A stretch of 25,269 bases of DNA, taken from positions 1 to 25,269 of the forward strand of contig JAZGDW010000159.1 of NCBI GenBank assembly GCA_036478295.1, read 5' to 3'. Source of the DNA: Candidatus Krumholzibacteriia bacterium. Its GTDB lineage: Bacteria; Krumholzibacteriota; Krumholzibacteriia; WVZY01. Below are positions 8,825-17,488 of the stretch, one piece after another (the stretch's first letter is position 1; the number at the start of each line of letters is the position of its first letter). Below the pieces are notes generated by a model. That model was not told where the DNA came from. It did no database searches and was given only the letters and a program-made list of their open reading frames with translations. The position numbers were made by a program, and so were the translations under genes.

Positions 8825-10017
8825 GTACGGAACAAAGCACACAGTTGAAAGAGCGTGGGGGAGCGAAGCTGGTCGTGCTGGCCATCCTGCCGCTGCTCGT
8901 GCTGGGCCTGATCGCGTTCGGCATCATCCGTTACTCGGGCCGGATGTCGCTGATGGAGGTCCCGGACGTCGAGGAGTTGTCGATACAATGGACGACCCTG
9001 GAGCCGGGCCTGATCCGGCTGGACGTAGTGAACGACGGACCCGATCCCGTGACCATCGCCCAGGTCATGGTGGACGAGGCGTACTGGCAGTTCGAGATCG
9101 TGCCCGCCGGTGGTACATTGGCGCCCCGCCAGAAGGGGGTCATCACCCTGCCGTATCCCTGGGTGGAGGGCGAAACCCACGAGGTTGTGCTGGTGTCGCG
9201 AAACGGGGTGACCTTTGATACGGAGATCGCCGTGGCGCTGGAGAGTCCCAAACCATCTCTGGGATCGCTTCGCTTCTTCGTTTTGCTGGGTATCATCATC
9301 GGTGTCGTTCCGGTCGGTCTGGGGATCATGTGGTTTCCCGTGGTACGGCACCTGTCCGAGCGCTGGGTGCGTTTTCTCCTGGCGTTTACCGTGGGGCTCT
9401 TGCTTTTTCTCGGTCTGGATACGGTTGAAGAGGGTCTCGAGATAGCAGAGAGGCTACCGGGATTTTACCAGGGCAACGCGCTTCTGGCCGGGGTGGCGAT
9501 CTTGATATTTCTTGGTTTGATAGGACTGGGCCGCATGGGCCCGTCGGGGTCGGGGCCATCCACCGGAATGATGCTCGCCTTCATGATCGCGCTCGGAATC
9601 GGTCTGCACAACGTGGGTGAAGGACTCGCGGTCGGCTCGGCGTACGTTCTCGGTGAAGTGGCGGTTGGAACGACGCTGGTACTGGGTTTCACCCTGCACA
9701 ACATTACCGAGGGTCTGGCCATCATCGTTCCGCTGGCCCGGAGGGGTCTCCGCATCTGGCACCTGGTCGGGCTGGGTGCGCTGGCCGGTATCCCGACCAT
9801 CGCCGGGACCCTGATCGGGGGCTTTACCTACTCGACCTTGTGGGCGCTGGTCTTCTTTGCCTTCGCGGCGGGTGCGATTTTCCAGGTGGTCTACGTTATC
9901 GCAAGAAGCCGCGACATCCGCTCCGCCAGCGGTGAGGTGGCGCTTCCGGAGAATTTCCTCGGGCTGGCTCTGGGGCTGGCTGTCATGTATGCCACCGGGC
10001 TGCTGGTCGTGGCCTAG
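8821..10017 (+). CDS. ZIP-family metal transporter with N-terminal TM helix and soluble beta-rich extracytoplasmic domain
   Basis: ATGA overlap with the oxidase; IGLHNVGEG and TLHNITEG ZIP motifs; multiple TM segments. Confidence 0.88.
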   Translation: MSTEQSTQLKERGGAKLVVLAILPLLVLGLIAFGIIRYSGRMSLMEVPDVEELSIQWTTLEPGLIRLDVVNDGPDPVTIAQVMVDEAYWQFEIVPAGGTLAPRQKGVITLPYPWVEGETHEVVLVSRNGVTFDTEIAVALESPKPSLGSLRFFVLLGIIIGVVPVGLGIMWFPVVRHLSERWVRFLLAFTVGLLLFLGLDTVEEGLEIAERLPGFYQGNALLAGVAILIFLGLIGLGRMGPSGSGPSTGMMLAFMIALGIGLHNVGEGLAVGSAYVLGEVAVGTTLVLGFTLHNITEGLAIIVPLARRGLRIWHLVGLGALAGIPTIAGTLIGGFTYSTLWALVFFAFAAGAIFQVVYVIARSRDIRSASGEVALPENFLGLALGLAVMYATGLLVVA

Positions 10018-10029
10018 AGAGGGACAGAA

Positions 10030-10449
10030 ATGAGTATTCGCATCAAACAGTGGTTGATAGCAGTCGTTATAACGGTCGGCGCCATGGGGATCTCTGTTGC
10101 CCGGGGTGGCGACTCAAAGGGCGGTGCCGCCGGCGATCCGGTGCGCACCATCGTACTGACGGCGAAGGACATGAAATTCAACGTCACCAACCCCACCATC
10201 GGTCTCGAACCCGGGGAATGGATCCGCATTGTCATACGCAACGAAGACCCGGGGATGAAACACGACCTGACCATTCCCGAGTTGGGACTGCGCAGTGCCG
10301 TCATCGAAACCGGCGAAACAACGGTACTGAGCTTCCGCGTGCCCAAGGACGTTTTCCTCACCTATCTCTGTTCTTTCCATCCCGTTTCGATGAAGGGTGT
10401 CTTCAACGTCGATGGCGGTTCCGCCGCAGGCGAGCTGGCACAAGAGTAA
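10030..10449 (+). CDS. Secreted cupredoxin (type 1 blue-copper) domain protein
   Basis: Signal peptide; MKHDL His and YLCSFHPVSMKG (C-x2-H-x3-M) ligand loop. Confidence 0.85.
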   Translation: MSIRIKQWLIAVVITVGAMGISVARGGDSKGGAAGDPVRTIVLTAKDMKFNVTNPTIGLEPGEWIRIVIRNEDPGMKHDLTIPELGLRSAVIETGETTVLSFRVPKDVFLTYLCSFHPVSMKGVFNVDGGSAAGELAQE

Positions 10450-10459
10450 TCGCAGGTGA

Positions 10460-10948
10460 TCAATCCGGTGGGCTCATCTTGTTGAACATGTACCGGGCGA
10501 TTTTCCACGCTCCGTCACGCTTCTGTAACACGAAGAGCTCGCGGTTTTCCTCCGGTGCGGTGACGCCTGCCGCGAGGATTGTCACCTGGCCTCGTGAAAT
10601 CGTGCGGGCGAAGGCATAGTTCCCACTCTGGACGATCTCGTCGATAGTGAACTTGATGTCGAGCTTGATGGTGGAGAAGACGTACTCGTAAGCAGCCTTG
10701 ATTTTCTCCGTGCCGACGGCAGATGGCGCGCCGGACGGCATGAACACCCCATCCGGTGCATACAGCTCGAGAACGCCTTTGACGTCCGATTTGTTCAGTG
10801 CCTTCTCATACTGCAAGAGCGTTGCCTCGATGGCCTTTCTCTCCTCTGCGCTTCTGGATTGGTCTCCTTGGGTTTGGGCATTGCTTGCTGCTGCCCAATT
10901 CAACAGGCAGACGCCCAGGACGGCGACTACAACTGTGGTGGTTTTCAT
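10460..10948 (-). CDS. Secreted NTF2-like/SnoaL-like (DUF4440-type) protein
   Basis: Signal peptide; YEKALNKSD..LYAPDGVFMP..NRELFVLQKRDGAWKIARYMFN. Confidence 0.8.
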   Translation of the reverse strand: MKTTTVVVAVLGVCLLNWAAASNAQTQGDQSRSAEERKAIEATLLQYEKALNKSDVKGVLELYAPDGVFMPSGAPSAVGTEKIKAAYEYVFSTIKLDIKFTIDEIVQSGNYAFARTISRGQVTILAAGVTAPEENRELFVLQKRDGAWKIARYMFNKMSPPD

Positions 10949-11041
10949 AATCGGTATCCTTTCAACTTGTAATCACCACCAGCTTGCCGCCCGCGGTGGT
11001 GTCCTCTCCATTGCACGATGGACCCCGACGTTGAGTTTCAG

Positions 11042-11494
11042 CTAGTTCCGTCTCTTTGCGAGCGCCTCATCCACTGACAGGTGGCTGGGGCCGCGCAAGA
11101 AAAGCGCGAGCAAACCTGCGATGTACAGCAGGCTCACTTCGTAACCGGGCATGCCGAAAACCGGTCCCGCATCGCTCATGCCGGTGATGTGGATGAAGCT
11201 AAAACCGTTCGGCAGATGAACGGTGAACATCGCAACCAGCATGTTGATGATCAGCAGCGCCGATGCGATGGACCCGAACGCGCCAACGATCAGCGCAATG
11301 CCGCCCAGCAACTCAACGGCACCGACGGCCCAGGCCATAAATCCCGCAGCGGGCACTCCGATGTTCTGCAGCATGCCCAAGAACATCTCGTGTCCGCCAG
11401 CGCTGAACAACTTCGGAAAACCGTGGTAGACGAATCCAAATCCTATAATCAGGCGCAGTGGTAACGGTGCCCATTTGCTCCATTCCTTTGTCAT
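11042..11494 (-). CDS. DoxX-family membrane protein
   Basis: AGGAGG RBS; LRLIIGFGFVYHGFPKL, ELLGGIAL, VH..NGF, GYE, GPSHLSVD. Confidence 0.88.
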   Translation of the reverse strand: MTKEWSKWAPLPLRLIIGFGFVYHGFPKLFSAGGHEMFLGMLQNIGVPAAGFMAWAVGAVELLGGIALIVGAFGSIASALLIINMLVAMFTVHLPNGFSFIHITGMSDAGPVFGMPGYEVSLLYIAGLLALFLRGPSHLSVDEALAKRRN

Positions 11495-11860
11495 CACAAA
11501 CCTCCTGTATAGGCCCGTGCCCTCAGGCACGCGTGTGTTGTGATCGCGTGGCGATCACTCTACCGAGCTCGTGTTAGTTTTTGTCTGCCGCAACCCGCGT
11601 GCTGAAGAAGTAGGTGGCGATAACTGATCGTTGTTTAGTCTGTTAGATGTCGGACGCTGGGAGCTAGCTGGTGGAACGGTCAGGTATAGGCTTTTGTAGC
11701 ACAGACGCCGGCTGTCGTCAAGACACTGCTTTACGCTTAATGATTTGTTTCACAAAGTGCAGAGATAATTGGCAGGAAGCTTTTCGCGTGGCCAAGAGCC
11801 AGTCTTCTCCAAGACAGGAGCGCTTTCGCTCAGACGATTTCAACAGGGCTAACTGTCACG

Positions 11861-12415
11861 TCATTGATCTGGCATCGCGCGGCGAAGCGCCCTTTCAAAT
11901 TCACTATACCCGGCTGTGTATCCTTCGGACTCGCACCAGTGACGAATGATTTCGAGGTCTACGCTTCGATTCTGTGCCCTGGCGACAGCGACCGCCTGCT
12001 CGAGAGATCCGCGATCGCTCCAGAATAGAAAGCCAGCGAGTCGATCGCGGCATGAATCCGTCGGGTTTATGATGTGGAGTAACTGGTCCTTCTCCCGCAG
12101 CGTTTCCCATTCCTTGATCAACTCGCCACCCACCGCCAGCGGTCCTTGAGGGAACTCGAGCAGGAGCGTGCTCGCTCCGTGTTCGTAGTGGTCTTGTACC
12201 AGACGGTAACCGAGCGATTCCAGGATTGCATTGGCGTCGGCACCCTCGGCACGAAACTCAACGATGAAGTCGAGGTCCCGTGACTGACAGGCATCGGGAG
12301 CGTATACGGTTGCCGCGCTTCCGCCGGTCAAGACGGCGACGACTCCGGTCCGGTCCAGGGCGGTGCAGACCGCAAAGGCGACATCCTTCAAAGTGCTCGC
12401 ACGAGAGATTTTCAC
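11861..12415 (-). CDS. Putative nucleotidyltransferase-fold protein (AbiEii/DUF6036-like), candidate toxin
   Basis: VLTGGSAA....SRDLDF matches the GGxA...SxDxD motif of Pol-beta-like NTases; GTG start overlaps the upstream TGA. Confidence 0.65.
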   Translation of the reverse strand: MKISRASTLKDVAFAVCTALDRTGVVAVLTGGSAATVYAPDACQSRDLDFIVEFRAEGADANAILESLGYRLVQDHYEHGASTLLLEFPQGPLAVGGELIKEWETLREKDQLLHIINPTDSCRDRLAGFLFWSDRGSLEQAVAVARAQNRSVDLEIIRHWCESEGYTAGYSEFERALRRAMPDQ

Positions 12416-12747
12416 ATCGGTTTTCCAGCGCGCCGGGGTCTCGAGCGTCGCCGGGCAGCGGCCGTGCCCAGGGCGGGCTCGGCCTCGGCGAGCCGAAGGA
12501 GCAGGTTCCTCAGGTCCTTGTGAGCGAAATACCTCGGATCGAGAGACACCCGGCGCGAGCTGCCGGAAAGACGGGTGGCCAGGATACCTTCCCGGTCAAG
12601 CGCCCGCACGATGGTCTGGATGGAGTAGAGTCGGGCGTCCAGGAGCCGCGCCAGCTCCGTCGGATAGGACTCACCCAGAAGCGCAATCAGGATAAGCACT
12701 TCTGTTCTTCGGCGGCTGCCGAACAACTTCTGTTCACGCGATTCCAT
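12412..12747 (-). CDS. Winged-helix (ArsR-like) DNA-binding protein, candidate antitoxin/autorepressor
   Basis: LFGSRRRTEVL..YPTELARLLDARLYSIQTIVRALDREGIL wHTH; basic C-terminus; start placed at 12747 from promoter geometry (alternative 12753). Confidence 0.78.
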   Translation of the reverse strand: MESREQKLFGSRRRTEVLILIALLGESYPTELARLLDARLYSIQTIVRALDREGILATRLSGSSRRVSLDPRYFAHKDLRNLLLRLAEAEPALGTAAARRRSRPRRAGKPM

Positions 12748-12753
12748 ATCCAT

Positions 12754-12818
12754 AACATACCAGTAAATATTGGTCTGTCAACCAATAATTATTGGTTGAC
12801 CAACCAAGTATTATTGGT
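12754..12818 (-). promoter_or_regulatory. Promoter overlaid by three 16-bp palindromic operators at 22-bp period
   Basis: Minus strand TTGACA(12781-12776)-16-TATGTT(12759-12754); ACCAGTAAATATTGGT (12759), ACCAATAATTATTGGT (12781), ACCAAGTATTATTGGT (12803). Confidence 0.8.
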
Positions 12819-13002
12819 GGTTTGGCGTCACGGCCAGAGGGAGTCGAGGGGAGGGGGTACGCTTTCGTGCAGATAGTCTATTGTCTTCGTCGGTGTGAGC
12901 GGGGTGTGGGAATGCCCACTCGGGCTCGATTCCAGTCGGCTTCACCGATCGATTCGCGTTTTCTCATTCTTATACTGACAAGAACTGATACGCTCACGCA
13001 GT

Positions 13003-15087
13003 ATGCCGCAACGCTCATCGGCAGATCGTTTCTACCTCTATACTCTCCTCGTCCTGTCGGCCATCGGTCTTTGCCTCCAGGTGGCTTCTCTGGGACCGCT
13101 CCGCAATAGCTTTTGGGGATTCCACCTGCAAGCGTTTCTTCATCCCGCCGTCGCCGTTGTCGGTTGGGTCTTGCTAGTTCTGGCGGCTGTGGTGTTGGTA
13201 CGGCCAGCTCGGGCAGTGGAAGCCCCAGGGGCCGAAGCGAACGTGCTCGCGCGGCACCCGTTGGTTTCGGCTGTTGGTCTGGCGCTGCTGTGCGTAGGTG
13301 TGTTCTGGGTGCTCCGGTCTCAACAGCTTTTCCTCGGCGACGCCTTGCCCCTCAAGATAGACCTGGCCAGAGGAAAGGACTTCCATCCTCGCCAGCCCTT
13401 GACCATGTGGCTTCAGCAGGCGCTCTACAGTCGTCTGGGGTTTCTGTTCCGGAGTGAAGGAGTGGGGAACGAAGACGTTGCCCAACGCACCGTCGCGCTC
13501 GGCAGCGTCATATCCGGTTTCTTCTTCGTACTGGTTGCCGCGGCCCTCGGACGCCTGTTCGTGCGCAAGACCTCACACGGACCCGCGGTATCGTGGCTCG
13601 TGACCCTGGTTCTGCTGTCGCAGGGTTTTGTTCAGTTGTTTTTCGGGTATGTGGAGAACTACACCTTTTACGCGCTGGCGATCACCGTTTATTTGTGGCT
13701 GTCGCTTCGCTTCATGGAAGGATTATCACCTCTCCTCATGCCCGGCGTCGTGCTCATCCTTGCGTTGACACTACACCTGTCCGCGGCTGTTCTCCTTCCA
13801 TCATTTCTGGTCCTTAGCACGTGGGCACTCGTGGTACGCAGGACGCGCCGCGCTGCACTCCGCGACCTCGTCGTTTGCGCGGTTGTTCTTTCTGCAGTGC
13901 ACCTGGTGTTCCTGGGGCTTCGCGAGTACAATCTGCTGTCCACACTTTTTGATGTATCCGGACGGGCGCTGGGAGGACGGGGGGTAGGCATTCCCAATTA
14001 CATGTTCTCCTCGATGCATTTTCGCGACTTCTTTAACGAACAATTCCTGATCGGTCCGTTGGGCCTCTTAGCGTTCCTTCCCGCCGCCCTGATCGCAATC
14101 AGGCGGACGGATCGCGGAAGCTTGCCCACGGTGTTCTTTCTCACAACAGGCCTGACCTACTTCGCAGCGAGCTGGATGGCCGGCGATTCCAACCTGGGAT
14201 ACGCCCGCAATTGGGATCTGCTCGCACCGGCGGGCGTATGCTTCACAGCGGGGGCCTTGTATTTTCTCATAAAGCACGTGTCGGAGCCGGTGAGCGCGGC
14301 GCGGTTGCTCAAGTTCGGACTCGTGTTCTCCATCGTGAGTCTGGTGCCGTGGGTGTGGGTCAATCACAACGAAGATCTGTCGTTCGAGCGCCTGAAGGCC
14401 CTGCCGCTGGGATTGGGCAGGACGGAAGTGGTGGTGGCGAACTGGTACCTCGAGCACGACCAGCGGGGAGAGGCAGCCACATGGTTTCGACAAGCCCTGA
14501 AGGTCAATCCCAACAATGGTCCGGCGTATGCGTTTCTGGGCATGCTTTCGACAGAGCAGGGGCAGTTCGAAGAGGCGCGCAAGCTCTACGAACGGGCGAT
14601 CGCTTTGCGGCCGGACAAGCCAGAGTACCGCCAGAACTACGTATTAACGCTCATGCAGCTCAAGCGCACCGAGGAGGCTTTGCCGCACCTCGACTGGTTG
14701 GTGAGAAAGGTGCCCGACAACGTCCTGTACTGGCGCCTCTCGGCGGATGCTCTGACACAGCTGGGGCGCGCAGAAGAACTGGTTCAGGTCTACGAGCGTC
14801 TGCTGTGGTTTGCCGAAAAGAGGCTGGAGTCAGATCCCGGAAACGAAGACGCAAGTATCGAGGCGGGGATTTTGCTCGTGCACCTCGAACGCGAAGAGGA
14901 GGCGCTGGAAAGATTCCGTCGGGCGCTGGACGCCAACCCCAATTCGTTGGCGGGGCTGTTCAACATGGGGTCAACCCTGGTCCATATGGGACGGAACACC
15001 CAGGCCCAGGCTGCACTGCAACGATTTGTCCGGCTTTACCCCGATCATCCAAACGCCGCCTGGGCGAGACAATATATCGAGCCGTGA
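13003..15087 (+). CDS. Polytopic membrane protein (possibly GT-C glycosyltransferase-like) with C-terminal TPR repeats
   Basis: About a dozen hydrophobic segments with FFGYVENY and RNWDL loops; TPR motifs (FRQALKVNPNN, YERAIALRPD, FRRALDANPN). Confidence 0.75.
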   Translation: MPQRSSADRFYLYTLLVLSAIGLCLQVASLGPLRNSFWGFHLQAFLHPAVAVVGWVLLVLAAVVLVRPARAVEAPGAEANVLARHPLVSAVGLALLCVGVFWVLRSQQLFLGDALPLKIDLARGKDFHPRQPLTMWLQQALYSRLGFLFRSEGVGNEDVAQRTVALGSVISGFFFVLVAAALGRLFVRKTSHGPAVSWLVTLVLLSQGFVQLFFGYVENYTFYALAITVYLWLSLRFMEGLSPLLMPGVVLILALTLHLSAAVLLPSFLVLSTWALVVRRTRRAALRDLVVCAVVLSAVHLVFLGLREYNLLSTLFDVSGRALGGRGVGIPNYMFSSMHFRDFFNEQFLIGPLGLLAFLPAALIAIRRTDRGSLPTVFFLTTGLTYFAASWMAGDSNLGYARNWDLLAPAGVCFTAGALYFLIKHVSEPVSAARLLKFGLVFSIVSLVPWVWVNHNEDLSFERLKALPLGLGRTEVVVANWYLEHDQRGEAATWFRQALKVNPNNGPAYAFLGMLSTEQGQFEEARKLYERAIALRPDKPEYRQNYVLTLMQLKRTEEALPHLDWLVRKVPDNVLYWRLSADALTQLGRAEELVQVYERLLWFAEKRLESDPGNEDASIEAGILLVHLEREEEALERFRRALDANPNSLAGLFNMGSTLVHMGRNTQAQAALQRFVRLYPDHPNAAWARQYIEP

Positions 15088-15113
15088 CTTGATTTCGAGG
15101 CTGTCGTCCAGGT

Positions 15114-15206
15114 TGAACCGCCCCGGGATTGCCGGAGGCTGCATTTCGTGAGAGGATGGAGTCATGAGCAGACGAAACAGGTTTTCACCGGAAGTAAGAG
15201 AGCGCG
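15114..15206 (+). mobile_element. IS3-family (IS629/IS6110-like) left-end remnant
   Basis: TGAACCGCCCCGGGATTGCCGGAGGCT resembles IS629/IS6110 terminal IRs; ATG 15164 gives MSRRNRFSPEVRER (cf. OrfA ..RFSPEVRxRA), then similarity stops. Confidence 0.85.
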
Positions 15207-15208
15207 GG

Positions 15209-15274
15209 CGCTATGATTTAGCCCCGCTACGCAAAAACCCGCGGTTCCAGAAGCTGCTGCAAGAGTACGTCTAA
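15209..15274 (+). pseudogene. Orphan C-terminal tail of a TPR-type signalling protein, fused in frame to the IS OrfA stub
   Basis: RYDLAPLRKNPRFQKLLQEYV* resembles the DPxLxPLRxDPRFQxLL terminal motif of kinase/cyclase-TPR proteins. Confidence 0.6.
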
Positions 15275-16347
15275 CCGGCCTCCTTGATCAGTGGAATGAA
15301 CTTGTGGTTGGCGCCGGGGAAGGGGTAGTCGTCGATCTCGTCGACGAGAATCCAGCGAAAATCCGTAGGCCCGCTCAGCCGCACCTCGCCCGCCCGGTAG
15401 CGGCACGAGTAGACGTCGACGCCAATCTTGAAGTGCGAATAAGCGTGGTCGACGTGGGTCAGGTAGTCGGTCACTTCCACGGTCAGGTTGACTTCTTCTT
15501 TTATCTCCCGCGCGCAGGCGTCCTCCGGCCGCTCGCCCCGGCGCACCTTGCCGCCGGGAAACTCCCACAGTCCTCCGAGAAGTCCGTCCTCCGGCCGGCG
15601 CGTGATGAGGATGCGGTCGTCCTTGCGGATGACGCCGATGGCAATGTGGTATTTCGGTACCGGCTTGCGCGGCGCCCGCACCGGAAACTCATGCTGCCGC
15701 CCCGCCGCGAAGGCACCGCAAAACCCCGACACCGGGCACGCGTCGCATAGCGGCTGTGCGGGCCGGCAGACGACGGCCCCGAGCTCCATCATGGCCTGGT
15801 TGTAATCGCCGGGGTGCTTGCGGTCGAGGAGCTTGCCCGCGTGTTCGCGAAAGAGCTTCTGTGCGGCGGACGCATTGACGGGAGAGTCGACCTCGAACAA
15901 ACGGGCCAGCACTCGTTTGACGTTGCCGTCGAGTACGGCGTGTGGCTCGTCGAACGCAATGCTCATGACAGCGGCGGCGATGTAGTCGCCGACACCGGGG
16001 AGTTTTCGGAAGGCTTCGTACTCACTCGGAATGCGGCCGCCGGCTTCGTCCGCCAGCCGGTGCGCGGCGCGGTGGAGGTTGCGGGCCCGCGCGTAGTAGC
16101 CCATCTTCTCCCAGCTCTTCAGGACCTCCTGCAGGTCGGCGCGGGCCAATGTGCAGACGTCCGGGTAGGCGGCGACAAACCGCTGGTAGTAGGGAAGAAC
16201 GGTCTGGACCTGCGTTTGCTGCAGCATGACCTCCGACACCCATACCCGGTACGGGTCCCGGGTGCCTCTCCACGGGAGGTCTCGCTTCTCTCGTTCGTAC
16301 CACAGAAGGAGTCTTTTTCGAAAAGCCGGCAAGCGCTCGCGGTTCAT
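15271..16347 (-). CDS. mutY: A/G-specific adenine DNA glycosylase with C-terminal Nudix domain
   Basis: WVSEVMLQQT, GYYARARNL, HhH LPGVGDYIA, DGNVKRVLAR, C-x6-C-x2-C-x5-C, LWEFPGG. Confidence 0.95.
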   Translation of the reverse strand: MNRERLPAFRKRLLLWYEREKRDLPWRGTRDPYRVWVSEVMLQQTQVQTVLPYYQRFVAAYPDVCTLARADLQEVLKSWEKMGYYARARNLHRAAHRLADEAGGRIPSEYEAFRKLPGVGDYIAAAVMSIAFDEPHAVLDGNVKRVLARLFEVDSPVNASAAQKLFREHAGKLLDRKHPGDYNQAMMELGAVVCRPAQPLCDACPVSGFCGAFAAGRQHEFPVRAPRKPVPKYHIAIGVIRKDDRILITRRPEDGLLGGLWEFPGGKVRRGERPEDACAREIKEEVNLTVEVTDYLTHVDHAYSHFKIGVDVYSCRYRAGEVRLSGPTDFRWILVDEIDDYPFPGANHKFIPLIKEAG

Positions 16348-16438
16348 CAATTGGCGACCTCACCCCGGGTATTCGTTTACGGACCGCCATCCGGGCAGAT
16401 TGCGGTCGAGTATAGTATGGCAGGTTGCAGGGAAACGA

Positions 16439-17488
16439 TTAGACGATTTCCAGCATACGCTCGACTGCACGCCGGGCGCGTTTGCTGATGTCCTCGGGCA
16501 CTTCGATCACGTGCTGGATTTTCTCGAGGGCGTCCCGGGTCTGCTCGAGCGTGATCTGGCCCATGTGCGGGCAGCGTACGCTGCAAAGCCGCAGCATCTC
16601 TTTCTCGGGGTTTTCGGCGACGATGTTGTCGCCCATGCTGCATTCGGTGAGCAGCAGGTACTGGGAAGCCTTGCTTTCCTGGACGTACTTGATGATCGCG
16701 TTCGTGCTGCCCGAGAAATCCGACGCCAGAACGACTTCCGGGCTGCACTCCGGGTGGGCGAGGACGAGAACGTCGGGGAACTGCTTGCGGACATTCACAA
16801 TGTCTTCGACGGTAAACTTCTCGTGCACCTCACACTTGCCGTGCCAACCCACCATGGTGTACGTGAGCCCGTCGCTGTTCTTCTTGGCGGCGCGCGGGTC
16901 CTTGACGGGAAAGATAATTTCCCGCCCGGTCTCTCTCGCCACGTTCTTTGCGAGGTATTCATCTGGGAGGAAGATTACCTGCTTGCTGTCCAGTGACTGG
17001 ATAACCTTGGCCGCGTTGCTCGATGTGCAGCAGATGTCCGTTTCCGCCTTGACGTCGGCATAGCAGTTGACGTAGGTGACGACCGGCACGCCGGGGTACT
17101 GCTCTTTGAGTGCCCGCACGTCGTCGGCGGTGATGCTGGCCGCGAGCGAACAGCCCGCCTCCAGCGACGGAATGAGGACCGTCTTCTCGGGGCTCAAGAT
17201 CTTCGCCGTCTCCGCCATGAAGCGCACGCCGCAAAAGACGATGATGTCCTTGTCCGTGTCGGCCGCGCGGCGGCTCAGGTCGAGGGAGTCCCCCTTGAAA
17301 TCGGGCACCGAGTGAAAGAGCGCCGCCTCCATGTAGTTGTGGCCGAGGATGACGGCGTTACGCTCCTCTTTGAGGCGGTTTATCTCGTAGGCGAGCTCGG
17401 CCTTGTAGCGTAGCTCGAACTCCGGCACTACGCCCTTGAGCTTCTTGTGCATCATTTCATAGGTGGATTCGAGCGTGGCCTGGGCCAT
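16439..17488 (-). CDS. nadA: Quinolinate synthase
   Basis: HNY, GDSL, FCGVRFMAE, AGCSLA, YVN, CTSSNA, CEVH, HPEC, GST, TE, CPHM; GAAGGA RBS before ATG 17488. Confidence 0.95.
   Translation of the reverse strand: MAQATLESTYEMMHKKLKGVVPEFELRYKAELAYEINRLKEERNAVILGHNYMEAALFHSVPDFKGDSLDLSRRAADTDKDIIVFCGVRFMAETAKILSPEKTVLIPSLEAGCSLAASITADDVRALKEQYPGVPVVTYVNCYADVKAETDICCTSSNAAKVIQSLDSKQVIFLPDEYLAKNVARETGREIIFPVKDPRAAKKNSDGLTYTMVGWHGKCEVHEKFTVEDIVNVRKQFPDVLVLAHPECSPEVVLASDFSGSTNAIIKYVQESKASQYLLLTECSMGDNIVAENPEKEMLRLCSVRCPHMGQITLEQTRDALEKIQHVIEVPEDISKRARRAVERMLEIV

Noticed and set aside
12759..12818. Mini-CRISPR array
   Set aside because: 16-bp units with 6-bp spacers over a promoter and no cas genes; fits operators.
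12918..12947. tmRNA/tRNA 3'-end-like att remnant beside the wHTH-NTase pair
   Set aside because: T-stem has two mismatches, TTCG and CCA are altered, and there is no partner site or integrase.
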